From an uncultured Granulosicoccaceae bacterium (GTDB taxonomy: Bacteria; Pseudomonadota; Gammaproteobacteria; Granulosicoccales; Granulosicoccaceae), in assembly GCA_964445655.1 (NCBI GenBank), contig CAYULV010000003.1, positions 1 through 55,006 of the forward strand: DNA of 55,006 nt. The letters are read 5' to 3'. Of the stretch, positions 1 to 9,759 are shown one piece after another. A program made the position numbers and the translations under genes. The notes below the pieces were generated by a model. The model saw only the letters and a list, made by a program, of their open reading frames with translations, had not been told where the DNA came from and made no database searches. The first letter of the stretch is position 1; every line of letters begins with the position of its first letter.

Positions 1-1325
1 TTTGTTTCGTCAAGGGCAATGTCACCAGCTCCCTTGAATGCGTTCAGAGTACCTTTCAATAGCCAGGCAAGTGATTCGTTTGGATTCAGCGTCAGCGCTT
101 GTTCGTAGCGATCGTTGCCAGTCTCAAGATCTTTCAGAATATTGGTGTGCACAAATCCATCTATAGTCAATGCAAGGGAGCAGTGCGAATCCATGTCCAA
201 TGCTCTCTGAGTGCACCAGATAGCATTTTCGGCAACCGCTTGTTGATTAGTGTTCCAGCCTCGGTTGAACTCCAGCACATGCCATTTGGCTAACCAGGCA
301 TAAGGTGCTGACGAACTGGCATGTCGCTCGATAACCGTTTGCAACATCTTCCGAGCACGAGTGAAATCATTTCGAGACTCTCTGTGAATCAGCCTGATAG
401 CAGAGATCATCAGTGAGTATGTTTCCAGTGATGAAGCTGATCCTGTCAGTGCGCGCTTGATTTCATTGCCAACAACGTGATCGCTGATCTTGTCGATTAA
501 TTCCCCGGCAAGCTCCAATTCCAGGAATTGAATGTTATCCATTGTTCGTTCCAGGCGATCAGCCCACACCACGAGGCCGTCTTTGGCTGTGCACAGCTCA
601 ACGTTCAGGCTGAGATTCTTGCCGTTGAGTGTGTATGAGCCGCAGACAAGGTAGTCAGCGTTCAAGTGTGTGCCTATGCTGGCAGTGCTGATATCTCGAT
701 TGCGAAAAATGGTGGTAGACAGCCGCGAAATTACATTCAATTCATTGCTGACTGATATTCCAGTGATAATACTGTCGGCCAGTATTTCGCCAATAGGGTT
801 TTCCTTTTGGTCGCCTTGCATGGCAAAAGGTATAACGCCGATTGTTGGCTTCAATTTGTCATTCAGGGCAGCTTGTGGGGCAGTGGCCTTTGGTAGCAGT
901 GTGTTTTCTTCGGCGGGTATCGTTGACTGGTAGCTGATTCTGGGTTCGTATCGCCCCGTGGGAATATCGATAACCACTGAATCGATCAGGCCCTCCTTGA
1001 GATAGTACTTTTGGATAGCGCTCCGGACGGCTCGGGCGATATTGCGGATATAGGGATCGCGAGTTTTAAACGATGCCGGTTTGCCGTAGGCATTGGTGGC
1101 AATGGTATAGGCCTTGAGATCGGATCCGCGGCCCGCAATCGTCTCTGCGACCACGTACTTGAGAAATACACCAAGTCTTGGGGAAGAGGAAAATTCGTCA
1201 GAGGCAAGAATCCGCTGCAACTGCTCTTCTGTACGTTTGGCATCCACTGCGCCGAACGTGTTGGCCGAGATCTGTGCCTCCGTTTTTTTAGAACTGTCCA
1301 ATTCTTTATTTACCGATAGATTCAT
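1..1325 (-). CDS. TolB-like domain / TPR-repeat regulatory protein, 3' end truncated by the window edge
   Basis: Not in the ORF track because it runs off the window; translated by hand from ATG at 1325 with no stop found. N-terminal QLQRILASDEFSSSPRLGVFLKYVVAETIAGRGSDLKAYTIA, then the TolB-like segment KPTIGVIPF...ADSIITGIS...LNVISRLST...LNADYLVCGS, then TPR-like helices (RALDMDSHCSLA, YEQALTLNPNESLAW). Confidence 0.8.
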   Translation of the reverse strand, partial: MNLSVNKELDSSKKTEAQISANTFGAVDAKRTEEQLQRILASDEFSSSPRLGVFLKYVVAETIAGRGSDLKAYTIATNAYGKPASFKTRDPYIRNIARAVRSAIQKYYLKEGLIDSVVIDIPTGRYEPRISYQSTIPAEENTLLPKATAPQAALNDKLKPTIGVIPFAMQGDQKENPIGEILADSIITGISVSNELNVISRLSTTIFRNRDISTASIGTHLNADYLVCGSYTLNGKNLSLNVELCTAKDGLVVWADRLERTMDNIQFLELELAGELIDKISDHVVGNEIKRALTGSASSLETYSLMISAIRLIHRESRNDFTRARKMLQTVIERHASSSAPYAWLAKWHVLEFNRGWNTNQQAVAENAIWCTQRALDMDSHCSLALTIDGFVHTNILKDLETGNDRYEQALTLNPNESLAWLLKGTLNAFKGAGDIALDET

Positions 1326-1625
1326 CGGGTAGTCGGCCTCTGATTTTGACTTGAATGCTGCTGTCGCAACGACTCATGCAGCTAGCAATCTGTTCTCAAA
1401 CGACTGAAGATTGTCGCGGTGATACCTAGGTATCGTACTGTACCGTACCTGTCCGAAATTTTCGCACTACTCATTTCCACAGTTGACTTTTTGTCAGAAC
1501 CGAAATTTCCTCATCGACGAAAGATTCAAGATATTGTAATTACAGGAAAAAATCGCTAGTTCAACCGATCTCTTGTTACGCAGCGAGCTCTTTTGCCAAG
1601 CGTGTTGAATTGATCAAATTGTGCA

Positions 1626-2369
1626 TTATTTGGCACGCCCATCATCCAGGGCCAAGTCAAATCGACGAGGCATCAGGCCCGCCTGGAACCAGCTGATGAA
1701 ACTATGGATCGAATACACGGGTAGTCCAGTGCTGTGTCGGATGTCTGCGGCATAGGGAACCATGTTTGTACACTCAAGCACGATGGCTCCAACATCAGGG
1801 TTTTGCGCACAGAGCTCGGATGCCGCTGACAAGTTGTCAGCTCGGCAGTCTGTAAAGTTAAGGCTTTCCTGATCATTCAGAATGCCCGTTGCGAAAGCGC
1901 CTTTTGGATCAGTGCCCACGATCGGTGTGTCTAGTGGTACGCCGGACGAGGTGAGATGTGCTTCACTCAGACTTGACTTGGATATGGTCAAGATTCCCAC
2001 GCGTTTTCCGGGTGGCAGAATTGACTGCACAAATGGCACTTGCATCAACGATGAGCTAGCGACCGGTACGCCTGTAGCTGCGGCCAGCTCGTTCTGTACA
2101 AGTGCAAGAAAACCGCAGTTGGTGGTAATGCCGTCGGCGCCCATTGCAACCAGCTCGCGCGCAGCATCGATGAATTCCGATGCCAGTTCGCGCGCATCTT
2201 GCAGAACCACTCGGTTTGGTGTTGCACCACGCACCACGCGATAGTGCACGGGAAAAGGCCAACTCAAGGCATTGCCCATGTCTCCCGGAATTCGTGGGAA
2301 TTGAGTTTCCAGCATCAGGATGCCAACGCTCGCACCGTACACTGTTTTACCGCCGTGAAATACTGACAT
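1626..2369 (-). CDS. Aspartate/glutamate racemase family protein
   Basis: GILMLETQFPRIPGDMGN N-terminus and two Cys motifs (TTNCGF, LECTNM) typical of cofactor-independent racemases. ATG at 2369 preferred over the TTG at 2375 because AAGGA lies ~9 nt upstream. Confidence 0.85.
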   Translation of the reverse strand: MSVFHGGKTVYGASVGILMLETQFPRIPGDMGNALSWPFPVHYRVVRGATPNRVVLQDARELASEFIDAARELVAMGADGITTNCGFLALVQNELAAATGVPVASSSLMQVPFVQSILPPGKRVGILTISKSSLSEAHLTSSGVPLDTPIVGTDPKGAFATGILNDQESLNFTDCRADNLSAASELCAQNPDVGAIVLECTNMVPYAADIRHSTGLPVYSIHSFISWFQAGLMPRRFDLALDDGRAK

Positions 2370-2450
2370 TCTCAAGGTTTCCTTGGTGATTGAGCGCCGG
2401 CTCGGTTACCCTCGACGCCATGCCACGCAACTGATATTCAAAAAACGCTA

Positions 2451-4151
2451 ATGACGCAAGGGACGAACGCAATGACCGGCGCTGAGGCAATGGTCAGAAT
2501 GCTTGAAGCTCAAGGGGTACAGCATATCTTTGGTCTCTGCGGGGATACGACCTTGCCGTTCTATGATGCGATGCGTACGCTCAAGCATGATATCACCCAT
2601 GTTTTGACGCGAGATGAGCGTAGTGCGAGTTATATGGCCGATGGCTATTCACGAGTTACCTCGCGTCCCGGTGTTTGTGAAGGCCCTTCCGGTGGTGGTG
2701 CGACGTATATCTTGCCCGGTCTGATCGAAGCGAATGAGTCATCCAGCGCAGTGCTTGGTATTACAACTGATATTTCTGTTGCAAGCTATGGCAAATACCC
2801 GTTGACCGAGGTTGATCAGGACATGTTGATGCAGCCGTTGACGAAGTGGAATACCGTCATCAAGCGGGCTGATCATATACCTCGTATGGTGAGAGCGGCG
2901 TTTCGTGCCATGACCACATCTCGCACCGGTAGTGCCCATCTTGGGCTGCCTTATGATATCCAGTACGACGCTGTATTGCCGGAAGACATCTGGGCCGATC
3001 CGGCGCTGACAAGCTACCCCGCCTATCGAACAGGTCCGGATAGTGATTCTGTCAATGCTGCTTATGAAGCCATTGTTTCCGCCAGCAAGCCGATCATCAT
3101 TTGCGGTGGCGGCATAGTTATCGCCGGCGCGATGGATGAACTTGATCGCTTCGCATCACTGCTTGATATTCCTGTGGCCACCTCAATTTCCGGGCAGGGA
3201 AGTCTCAGCGATATGCATCCGCAATGTTTGGGCGTCGTGGGCTCCAATGGTGGTACTGACCATACTTGGGAACTCATGGAGAGTGCTGATCTTGTCGTAT
3301 TCATGGGTTGTCGCGCGGGTTCTACGACAACCGCACGCTGGGAAGCACCGAAAACCGGAACCCGAATTGTTCACTTCGACACCGATCCAATGGTCATTGG
3401 TGCAAACTATCCAACCGAAGTGGGTGTTGTAGGTGATCTCGCGCTGTCGCTCAGGGCGCTCAATGAAGTGGCGAGCCGGGTAGCAAGTCCTGCTGCGAAT
3501 TTTGGTGCGGCTAAGCGTATTGCAGATATCAAGGCACGTAAATTTCAGGAGTTTGACCGGTTTGCGAACAGTCTGGAAAAGCCGATCCGACCTGAACGTG
3601 TTATTGCATCGATGATGCAAGTGTTGCCTGATAATGCAACCATCGTGTCTGATCCGGGTACATCATGCCCGTATTTCTCAGCCTATTATCGGCAGCCTCG
3701 TGCGGGTCGTTACTTCATTACGAATCGTGCGCATGGTGCATTGGGCTATTCATTAAGTGCATCACTTGGCGCGTGGTTTGGACGTCCTGACAGCAAGGTA
3801 GTAGCTTTGATGGGCGATGGCTCCTTTGGCTTTACTGCGGGGGAGCTTGAAACGGTTGCTCGTGTAGGCGCAAATATCACTTTCGTCGTGTTTTCCAACG
3901 CATCGTTTGGCTGGATCAAAGCCAGTCAGCGCGATGATTGTGATCGACGTTATTACAACGTTGACTTCAACGGCGTGGACCATGCGACCATTGCACAGGC
4001 CTATGGCGTGACATCCTGGCGTGTAGAGGAACCTGCCGCGCTTGTTGATGTGTTGAAAAAGGCAGTCGCTCATGAAGGGCCAACGCTGGTTGATGTTGTG
4101 TCGCAACCATTGGAAGAAGCAAATGCGCCTGTGCGGCGCTGGATGGGCTAA
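2451..4151 (+). CDS. Thiamine-diphosphate-dependent enzyme (acetolactate synthase large-subunit-like, substrate unknown)
   Basis: GVQHIFGLCG, catalytic-Glu motif TRDERSASYMADGY, ThDP-binding GDGSFG...N motif, 566 aa. True start may be 2472. Confidence 0.9.
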   Translation: MTQGTNAMTGAEAMVRMLEAQGVQHIFGLCGDTTLPFYDAMRTLKHDITHVLTRDERSASYMADGYSRVTSRPGVCEGPSGGGATYILPGLIEANESSSAVLGITTDISVASYGKYPLTEVDQDMLMQPLTKWNTVIKRADHIPRMVRAAFRAMTTSRTGSAHLGLPYDIQYDAVLPEDIWADPALTSYPAYRTGPDSDSVNAAYEAIVSASKPIIICGGGIVIAGAMDELDRFASLLDIPVATSISGQGSLSDMHPQCLGVVGSNGGTDHTWELMESADLVVFMGCRAGSTTTARWEAPKTGTRIVHFDTDPMVIGANYPTEVGVVGDLALSLRALNEVASRVASPAANFGAAKRIADIKARKFQEFDRFANSLEKPIRPERVIASMMQVLPDNATIVSDPGTSCPYFSAYYRQPRAGRYFITNRAHGALGYSLSASLGAWFGRPDSKVVALMGDGSFGFTAGELETVARVGANITFVVFSNASFGWIKASQRDDCDRRYYNVDFNGVDHATIAQAYGVTSWRVEEPAALVDVLKKAVAHEGPTLVDVVSQPLEEANAPVRRWMG

Positions 4152-4163
4152 GGGTCAGTTAAC

Positions 4164-5420
4164 ATGTCGGACGAGAACAGCAAGCAACATATTGTGGTGG
4201 TAGGGGCGGGCATTGTCGGCGTGTCCGCCGCAATCTGGTTGGCGCGAGCTGGACGCAAAGTCACTTTGCTCGATCGCCTTGCGCCCGGAGAAGGGACATC
4301 GCATGGAAATGCCGGGATACTTGCTGCCTGCGCGATGGTGCCCGTTACTGTGCCTGGTTTGATTTCAAAAGCCCCAGGCTACTTGTTAGATAATAACTTT
4401 CCCTTATTCATGCGTTGGTCATATCTGCCGCGACTTGCACCTTGGTTGAAACAGTATTTAAGTTATGCCAACGATACTGACACGCCGCGAATTGCCGAAG
4501 GACTCACCACAATCGTTGCAGATTCGGTTGAACAGCATCAGGCGCTTGCTGGCAATACAGCAGCTGATAGTTGGCTCGTGCCATCAGACTATCAGTTTGC
4601 CTACCTTTCAAAGGAGAGCTTCGATGCAGATAGCTATGTCTGGAGTTTGCGCCGACGAGCGGGTTTCGTACCCGAATTGGTGACCGGCACAGCAGTGCAC
4701 GAAAAGGAGCCGCTGTTGGGCTCCGATATCAATCTGCTCGCCGTTTGCAAGGATCACGGATATGTCAGGAGTCCGGGACAATATGTGAAAACGTTAGCTG
4801 ATGTTTTCAAGGGACTGGGTGGAAACGTACGTCAGGCCGAAGTTATGGACTTCGAACATATCGATGGAAAGGTCTCGGCCGTACACACCAGCGGCGGCAC
4901 TATTGAATGCACAGAGCTTGTATTGGCAACCGGTGTCTGGTCAGCCGAGCTTGGAAGAAAACTCGGAGTCAACATACCACTGGAGTCGGAGCGCGGGTAT
5001 CACGTGATTTTCAAGAATCCATCTGCCATGGTCAATACACCCACGATGGTAACCACCGGAAAATTTGTTGCCACTCCCATGCATGACGGGATGCGTTGTG
5101 CAGGCATCGTTGAGCTCGGAGGGCTTGACGCAGGACCATCTCAGGCGCCACTCGAACTACTCATGAATCAGGTAAAGAAAACGTTTCCGAACTTGACGTA
5201 TTCGGATACAGAGGAGTGGCTTGGCCATCGACCGGCACCTGCGGACAGTTTGCCGTTCATTGGTGAGATTGGTACTTCGGGAGTGTACATGGCTCTTGGT
5301 CATCACCATATTGGTTTGACAGGTGGTCCCAAGACCGGGCGTATGATCAGTGATCTGATAACGGGCGATTCGTTTGAGGATGATATTGCGCCATTCAATC
5401 CAATGAGATTCACTCGCTAA
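4164..5420 (+). CDS. FAD-dependent oxidoreductase, D-amino-acid dehydrogenase (DadA/DAO) family
   Basis: VVVGAGIVG Rossmann motif, GTSHGNAG, ERGYHV, WLGHRP, GHHHIGLTGGPKTG. Confidence 0.9.
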   Translation: MSDENSKQHIVVVGAGIVGVSAAIWLARAGRKVTLLDRLAPGEGTSHGNAGILAACAMVPVTVPGLISKAPGYLLDNNFPLFMRWSYLPRLAPWLKQYLSYANDTDTPRIAEGLTTIVADSVEQHQALAGNTAADSWLVPSDYQFAYLSKESFDADSYVWSLRRRAGFVPELVTGTAVHEKEPLLGSDINLLAVCKDHGYVRSPGQYVKTLADVFKGLGGNVRQAEVMDFEHIDGKVSAVHTSGGTIECTELVLATGVWSAELGRKLGVNIPLESERGYHVIFKNPSAMVNTPTMVTTGKFVATPMHDGMRCAGIVELGGLDAGPSQAPLELLMNQVKKTFPNLTYSDTEEWLGHRPAPADSLPFIGEIGTSGVYMALGHHHIGLTGGPKTGRMISDLITGDSFEDDIAPFNPMRFTR

Positions 5421-5425
5421 AGCTT

Positions 5426-6568
5426 ATGAACGATGAAAAGCTTGATGATGAGAAAATCGTTGCCATGGATGTGTGGCATTGTCAGTGTCCGGTCAAGTCA
5501 AGGCGTGACCACGGGATAGGCAGCGTAGTCGATCACATTGATGTCGTTGTTGTTCGCCTGACATCAAGTTCAGGTTTGTGTGGGTTTGGTGAAGCATCGC
5601 CCTGGCCAGTATTCAACGGCACGGCTGAAGCCAGCCTCGCCGCGTTTGACCGCTATTTCAAACCTTATGTTCTGGGTGCGAGTGTGGCTGAGCATGCGGT
5701 CATCATGCAAGTCACCTCACGAGTTGTTGTTGATTGTTCTGATGCCAAAGCCGCATTGGAAGCTGCGTTACTGGATCTCGCTGGCAAAAGTCTTGGCGTG
5801 CCGGTTAGCGCGCTGCTTGGGGGTGCCGTCAGAAAGACAATTCCGTTGTCATGCTCAATCGCCAATCCGGATTTCAATGCTGATATTGCGCTGACAGAAC
5901 AGCTTCAGGCGCATGGTATTCGAATTGTGAAATTCAAGGCTGGTACCCATGGTCATGCTCATGACATCATGCGTATCGAGTATTTTCAAAAACATTTTCC
6001 TGAATTCTCCTTGCGCGTTGATTATAACCAAGGCCTGCTTCCCTCTCAGGCCTTGCGTTGTGTTCGTGATATTGATTCCATGCAGGTAGACTTCATAGAG
6101 CAGCCAGTAGCAGCCAGACATTGGGACTGTATGGCATCGCTTCGCTCGGCTATCGATACGCCATTGCTCGCGGACGAAAGTATTTTTACACCGACTGATA
6201 TGGTGCGTGCCGTACGTGAAAGAATTTGCGATGGCGTATCAGTCAAGATCATGAAGTCGGGTGGGTTAAAAGCCAGCCAATGTGTCGCCGGAATAGCCGA
6301 AGCTGCAGGCCTTGCTGTGTATGGTGGCGACATGTTCGAAACCGGACTTGCTCACCTTGCAGGAACCCATATGATTGCGGCAACTCCTGCCATTACACTT
6401 GGCTGCGAGTTTTATCAGGCGCGCTTCTACCTTGAGCAAGACTTGCTCGCTGAGCCGTTTCCGATTGCCGATGGTGAGGTAGTAGTGCCATCACTACCAG
6501 GGCTTGGTGTTGAGGTCGATCTGGACAAGGTACGCGGCATGAGTATCACTAGCATTCGGCATGAATAG
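5426..6568 (+). CDS. Enolase-superfamily enzyme, muconate-lactonizing-enzyme (MLE) subgroup
   Basis: GFGEA in the capping domain, KxK (KFK), metal ligands in DYN / EQP / DES, a second Lys in SVKIMKSGG, C-terminal PGLGVEVD. Confidence 0.88.
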   Translation: MNDEKLDDEKIVAMDVWHCQCPVKSRRDHGIGSVVDHIDVVVVRLTSSSGLCGFGEASPWPVFNGTAEASLAAFDRYFKPYVLGASVAEHAVIMQVTSRVVVDCSDAKAALEAALLDLAGKSLGVPVSALLGGAVRKTIPLSCSIANPDFNADIALTEQLQAHGIRIVKFKAGTHGHAHDIMRIEYFQKHFPEFSLRVDYNQGLLPSQALRCVRDIDSMQVDFIEQPVAARHWDCMASLRSAIDTPLLADESIFTPTDMVRAVRERICDGVSVKIMKSGGLKASQCVAGIAEAAGLAVYGGDMFETGLAHLAGTHMIAATPAITLGCEFYQARFYLEQDLLAEPFPIADGEVVVPSLPGLGVEVDLDKVRGMSITSIRHE

Positions 6569-6719
6569 CACCTGCTGAAGTCGGGTGGTTCATTGTCCTG
6601 CGGTCAATATCATCAGGTGTGGGTGTATAACGAGCTACTAAAAAAGTTGGCATTCTTGGAACGAGCAGGTAGGATGTTTTTCTCTTGGTACCATCAAAAA
6701 ATTAATTGGGAGGGGTTCA

Positions 6720-7703
6720 ATGCGCATCATGAAAGTCTCAACTTTGGTAATGGCTGCTGTTGCAACTACCGGGCTGTGTGTCGCCGGGGCTGCACAGGCG
6801 GAAAAATGGGATATGCCGATGGCTTATTCCGGTTCAAATTTTCACTCCGTGACAGGCGCTGAATTCGCCAAATGTGTTACCACGGGTACGGGCGGCGACA
6901 TAGAAATCGTAACCCATCCTTCCGGCTCGCTCTTCAAAGGAGGAGATATCAAACGCGCCATTCAAACGGGTCAAGCACCGATTGGCGAGCGTTTGATGTC
7001 CGGACATCAAAATGAAAATGCCGTGTTTGGTTTTGATTCCGTACCGTTTCTGGCTACATCGTTTGATGATGCGGACAAATTATGGAGTGCAGCCAAGCCG
7101 ACGATGGAAAAGTTGCTGGATGAGCAAAACCTGGTCTTGTTGTATGCCGTGCCCTGGCCTCCACAAGGTTTGTACTTCAAGAAAGAAGTCAACTCGGTCG
7201 CCGATATGAAGGGCATCAAGTTTCGCTCTTATAACAACGCTACTGCACGTCTTGCCGAATTGACCGGTATGGCACCTGTGCAGATAGAAGCGGCGGAAAT
7301 TTCACAGGCTTTCGCAACTGGTGTGGCTGAGTCAATGGTCTCTTCCGGTGCAACAGGCTATGACCGTAAAGTATGGGAAAGCCTGACTCACTTCTATGAA
7401 GTTAACGCTTGGTTACCGCGTAACTATGTCATGGTCAACAAGGATGTCTGGGGTAAGACCAGTGAAGTTAACCAGAACGTGATTCGTGCTTGCGCCGAGC
7501 TGGCTGAGTATGCGGGTACCTGGCGGTCGAAAGAATACACAGGCTTCACCATGGCGGGGCTTGCTGCAGGCGGTATGACGGTTGGACCTGCTGGCGATGG
7601 CCTGGTGTCCGAACTGAAAGCTATTGGCAAGACCATGTCTGATGAATGGATTGAGGCGGCGGGTGAAGATGGTCAGGCCATTCTCAAAGCCTACGCCGAA
7701 TAA
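6720..7703 (+). CDS. dctP: TRAP transporter substrate-binding protein DctP family
   Basis: Signal peptide ending AQA, HPSGSLFKG, DMKGIKFRSY with the conserved carboxylate-binding Arg, GGAGGG RBS upstream. Confidence 0.92.
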   Translation: MRIMKVSTLVMAAVATTGLCVAGAAQAEKWDMPMAYSGSNFHSVTGAEFAKCVTTGTGGDIEIVTHPSGSLFKGGDIKRAIQTGQAPIGERLMSGHQNENAVFGFDSVPFLATSFDDADKLWSAAKPTMEKLLDEQNLVLLYAVPWPPQGLYFKKEVNSVADMKGIKFRSYNNATARLAELTGMAPVQIEAAEISQAFATGVAESMVSSGATGYDRKVWESLTHFYEVNAWLPRNYVMVNKDVWGKTSEVNQNVIRACAELAEYAGTWRSKEYTGFTMAGLAAGGMTVGPAGDGLVSELKAIGKTMSDEWIEAAGEDGQAILKAYAE

Positions 7704-7719
7704 GTCATTGTCAGTGAGT

Positions 7720-7865
7720 GTCGATCACGATCCATGGTCAAATTCATGGACATGTTCGTGGTCAGATTCTTGTCTCGATTGAAAAGGCTGACAGTCACTT
7801 GATATCTCATGTGACTGTCAGGTACTCATGCCACGAAAAGCAACACCGCTGAAAGGCGGTGTTGT
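7720..7865 (+). promoter_or_regulatory. Tandem stem-loops between dctP and dctQ (likely mRNA-stabilising or attenuating)
   Basis: Perfect stems CTGACAGTCAC/GTGACTGTCAG (7788-7821) and CAACACCGC/GCGGTGTTG (7841-7864), plus a TCCATG/CATGGA stem upstream. Confidence 0.55.
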
Positions 7866-7883
7866 TGTATCCGGAGGAGTGAA

Positions 7884-8405
7884 GTGACAGCCTATCGTCG
7901 TCTATGTCGTTTTCTCGATGGCTTGTACACCGCAGGTGGTGTGCTGGCCTCCTTGTTCCTGATTGCCATCCTGGTTCTGATCGTCGCGCAAATGGTGGCG
8001 CGCTGGACCTCAACGACCTTTAGTGGTGCGCCCAATTATGCTGGCTATTGCATGGCAGCCGCTTCATTTCTTGCCTTTGCACATGCGCTGAATCGAGGGG
8101 CGCATATACGGGTCAGTATTTTGTTGAACGCATTAGGCACTCATAAGTATTGGCTTGAAGTCTTTTGCTTTCTCGTCGGTTCGGCTGCTTCAAGCTATCT
8201 GGCGTGGTACGCCATTCGGGCGAATATCTGGTCACACAAATTCAATGACATTAGCCAGGGGCAGGATGCGACGCCCATCTGGATACCGCAATTGGGTATG
8301 TCAGTCGGTGCCGTTCTGCTGGCTGTTTGCTTTTGGGACAACCTGATTCGATTGCTGGTGTTGAAGCAACATGCCATCCAGTCGAATGTGCTTGAGCATC
8401 ATTAA
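7884..8405 (+). CDS. dctQ: TRAP transporter small permease DctQ
   Basis: Four hydrophobic segments, GAHIRV motif, GTG start after GGAGG, lies between dctP and dctM. Confidence 0.9.
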   Translation: MTAYRRLCRFLDGLYTAGGVLASLFLIAILVLIVAQMVARWTSTTFSGAPNYAGYCMAAASFLAFAHALNRGAHIRVSILLNALGTHKYWLEVFCFLVGSAASSYLAWYAIRANIWSHKFNDISQGQDATPIWIPQLGMSVGAVLLAVCFWDNLIRLLVLKQHAIQSNVLEHH

Positions 8406-8426
8406 CGAATCGGACCGGGAGCTACG

Positions 8427-9740
8427 ATGCAAGAATTTGCGGCCATAGGTATTTTCCTGTTTGTTCTTTTCACGCTGCTTGGAGCAGGGGTCTGGGTAGG
8501 CCTGGCACTGCTCGGTGTTGCTTACGTCGGTATGGAGCTCTTTACGGGACGGCCACCGGGGGATGCGATGGTCACAACGATCTGGACCGCATCATCATCA
8601 TGGACGCTTACCGCCTTGCCGCTTTTTATCTGGATGGGCGAAATACTTTATCGGACCCGTCTGTCAGAGGACATGTTTCGTGGTCTGTCACCCTGGATGG
8701 CACGTCTGCCGGGCGGTCTGGTACATACCAATGTTGTGGGTTGTGCGGTGTTTGCTGCAGTGTCAGGGTCCTCTGCTGCCACCCTGACAACCGTTGGCAA
8801 GATGTCCATACCGGAACTCAGGCGAAGGAAGTATCCGGAGAGTATGGTTATCGGTACGCTGGCCGGAGCGGCAACGTTGGGATTGATGATTCCTCCGTCT
8901 CTGACATTGATTGTCTATGGTGTGACGATCAATGAGTCCATTCGCAAGCTCTTTCTTGCAGGGGTCTTGCCTGGATTGGTGCTGGCTTTGATGTTCATGG
9001 CTTATGTTGCTATCGTGTCTCGCGTATCAAAGAATTTCAATCCTGACCCAGAGCCGGTCATGAGTTTTGGCGAAAAGGTCAAGAACAGTCGTTTCCTGAT
9101 ACCGGTAGTGCTGCTGATCATGCTTGTCATCGGGTCCATGTATGCCGGAGTTGCAACGGCTACTGAGGCTGCAGCATTTGGGGTTATCGGTGCATTACTG
9201 CTAGCCCTGACCCAAGGTTCTCTCTCCTGGTCGACGTTTACCACCAGTCTTATGGGGGCGACTCGTACGTCCGCCATGATTGCGTTGATATTGGCTGGTG
9301 CGGCGTTTCTTTCGCTGTCGATGGGTTTTACCGGATTGCCAAGAGCACTTGCCGATTTCATCGCAGAGCTGAATCTTTCCCAGTTTGAATTATTGATGGC
9401 ACTGCTTGTGTTCTATATTGTTCTAGGGTGCTTTCTCGATGGCATTTCATCAGTGGTTTTGACCATGGCAGTGGTAGAGCCGATGATCAGGCAGGCGGGA
9501 ATCGACGTCATCTGGTTTGGCATTTTTGTCGTGGTTGCCGTTGAGATGGCGCAGATCACGCCACCTATCGGGTTCAACCTGTTTGTGCTTCAAGGGATGA
9601 CCGAACATGAAATGGGCTATATCGCGAAAGCGGCGCTGCCAATGTTTCTGATTATGGTGTTGATGGTTTTCGTGCTTATCGCTGTGCCTGAACTCGCCAC
9701 CTGGTTACCAGATACGATGCGTGCGAACCCCAATCGTTGA
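8427..9740 (+). CDS. dctM: TRAP transporter large permease DctM
   Basis: LTALPLFIWMG, SGSSAA, LGLMIPPS, ATEAAA, ITPPIGFNLFV motifs. Confidence 0.93.
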   Translation: MQEFAAIGIFLFVLFTLLGAGVWVGLALLGVAYVGMELFTGRPPGDAMVTTIWTASSSWTLTALPLFIWMGEILYRTRLSEDMFRGLSPWMARLPGGLVHTNVVGCAVFAAVSGSSAATLTTVGKMSIPELRRRKYPESMVIGTLAGAATLGLMIPPSLTLIVYGVTINESIRKLFLAGVLPGLVLALMFMAYVAIVSRVSKNFNPDPEPVMSFGEKVKNSRFLIPVVLLIMLVIGSMYAGVATATEAAAFGVIGALLLALTQGSLSWSTFTTSLMGATRTSAMIALILAGAAFLSLSMGFTGLPRALADFIAELNLSQFELLMALLVFYIVLGCFLDGISSVVLTMAVVEPMIRQAGIDVIWFGIFVVVAVEMAQITPPIGFNLFVLQGMTEHEMGYIAKAALPMFLIMVLMVFVLIAVPELATWLPDTMRANPNR

Positions 9741-9759
9741 CGTAATAGCGAGTGCTGCT

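Noticed and set aside
1605-1617. FNR box (TTGAATTGATCAA)
   Set aside because: The half-site spacing is 3 rather than 4 nt and the left half is imperfect.
2451-4151. Sulfoacetaldehyde acetyltransferase Xsc or biosynthetic IlvB
   Set aside because: The N-terminus (FGLCGDT) differs from the Xsc-type FGIIGSA. No pta, ilvH/N or ilvC is adjacent.
5426-6568. True muconate cycloisomerase CatB
   Set aside because: No catA, catC or pca genes. The neighbours point to amino-acid-like chemistry.
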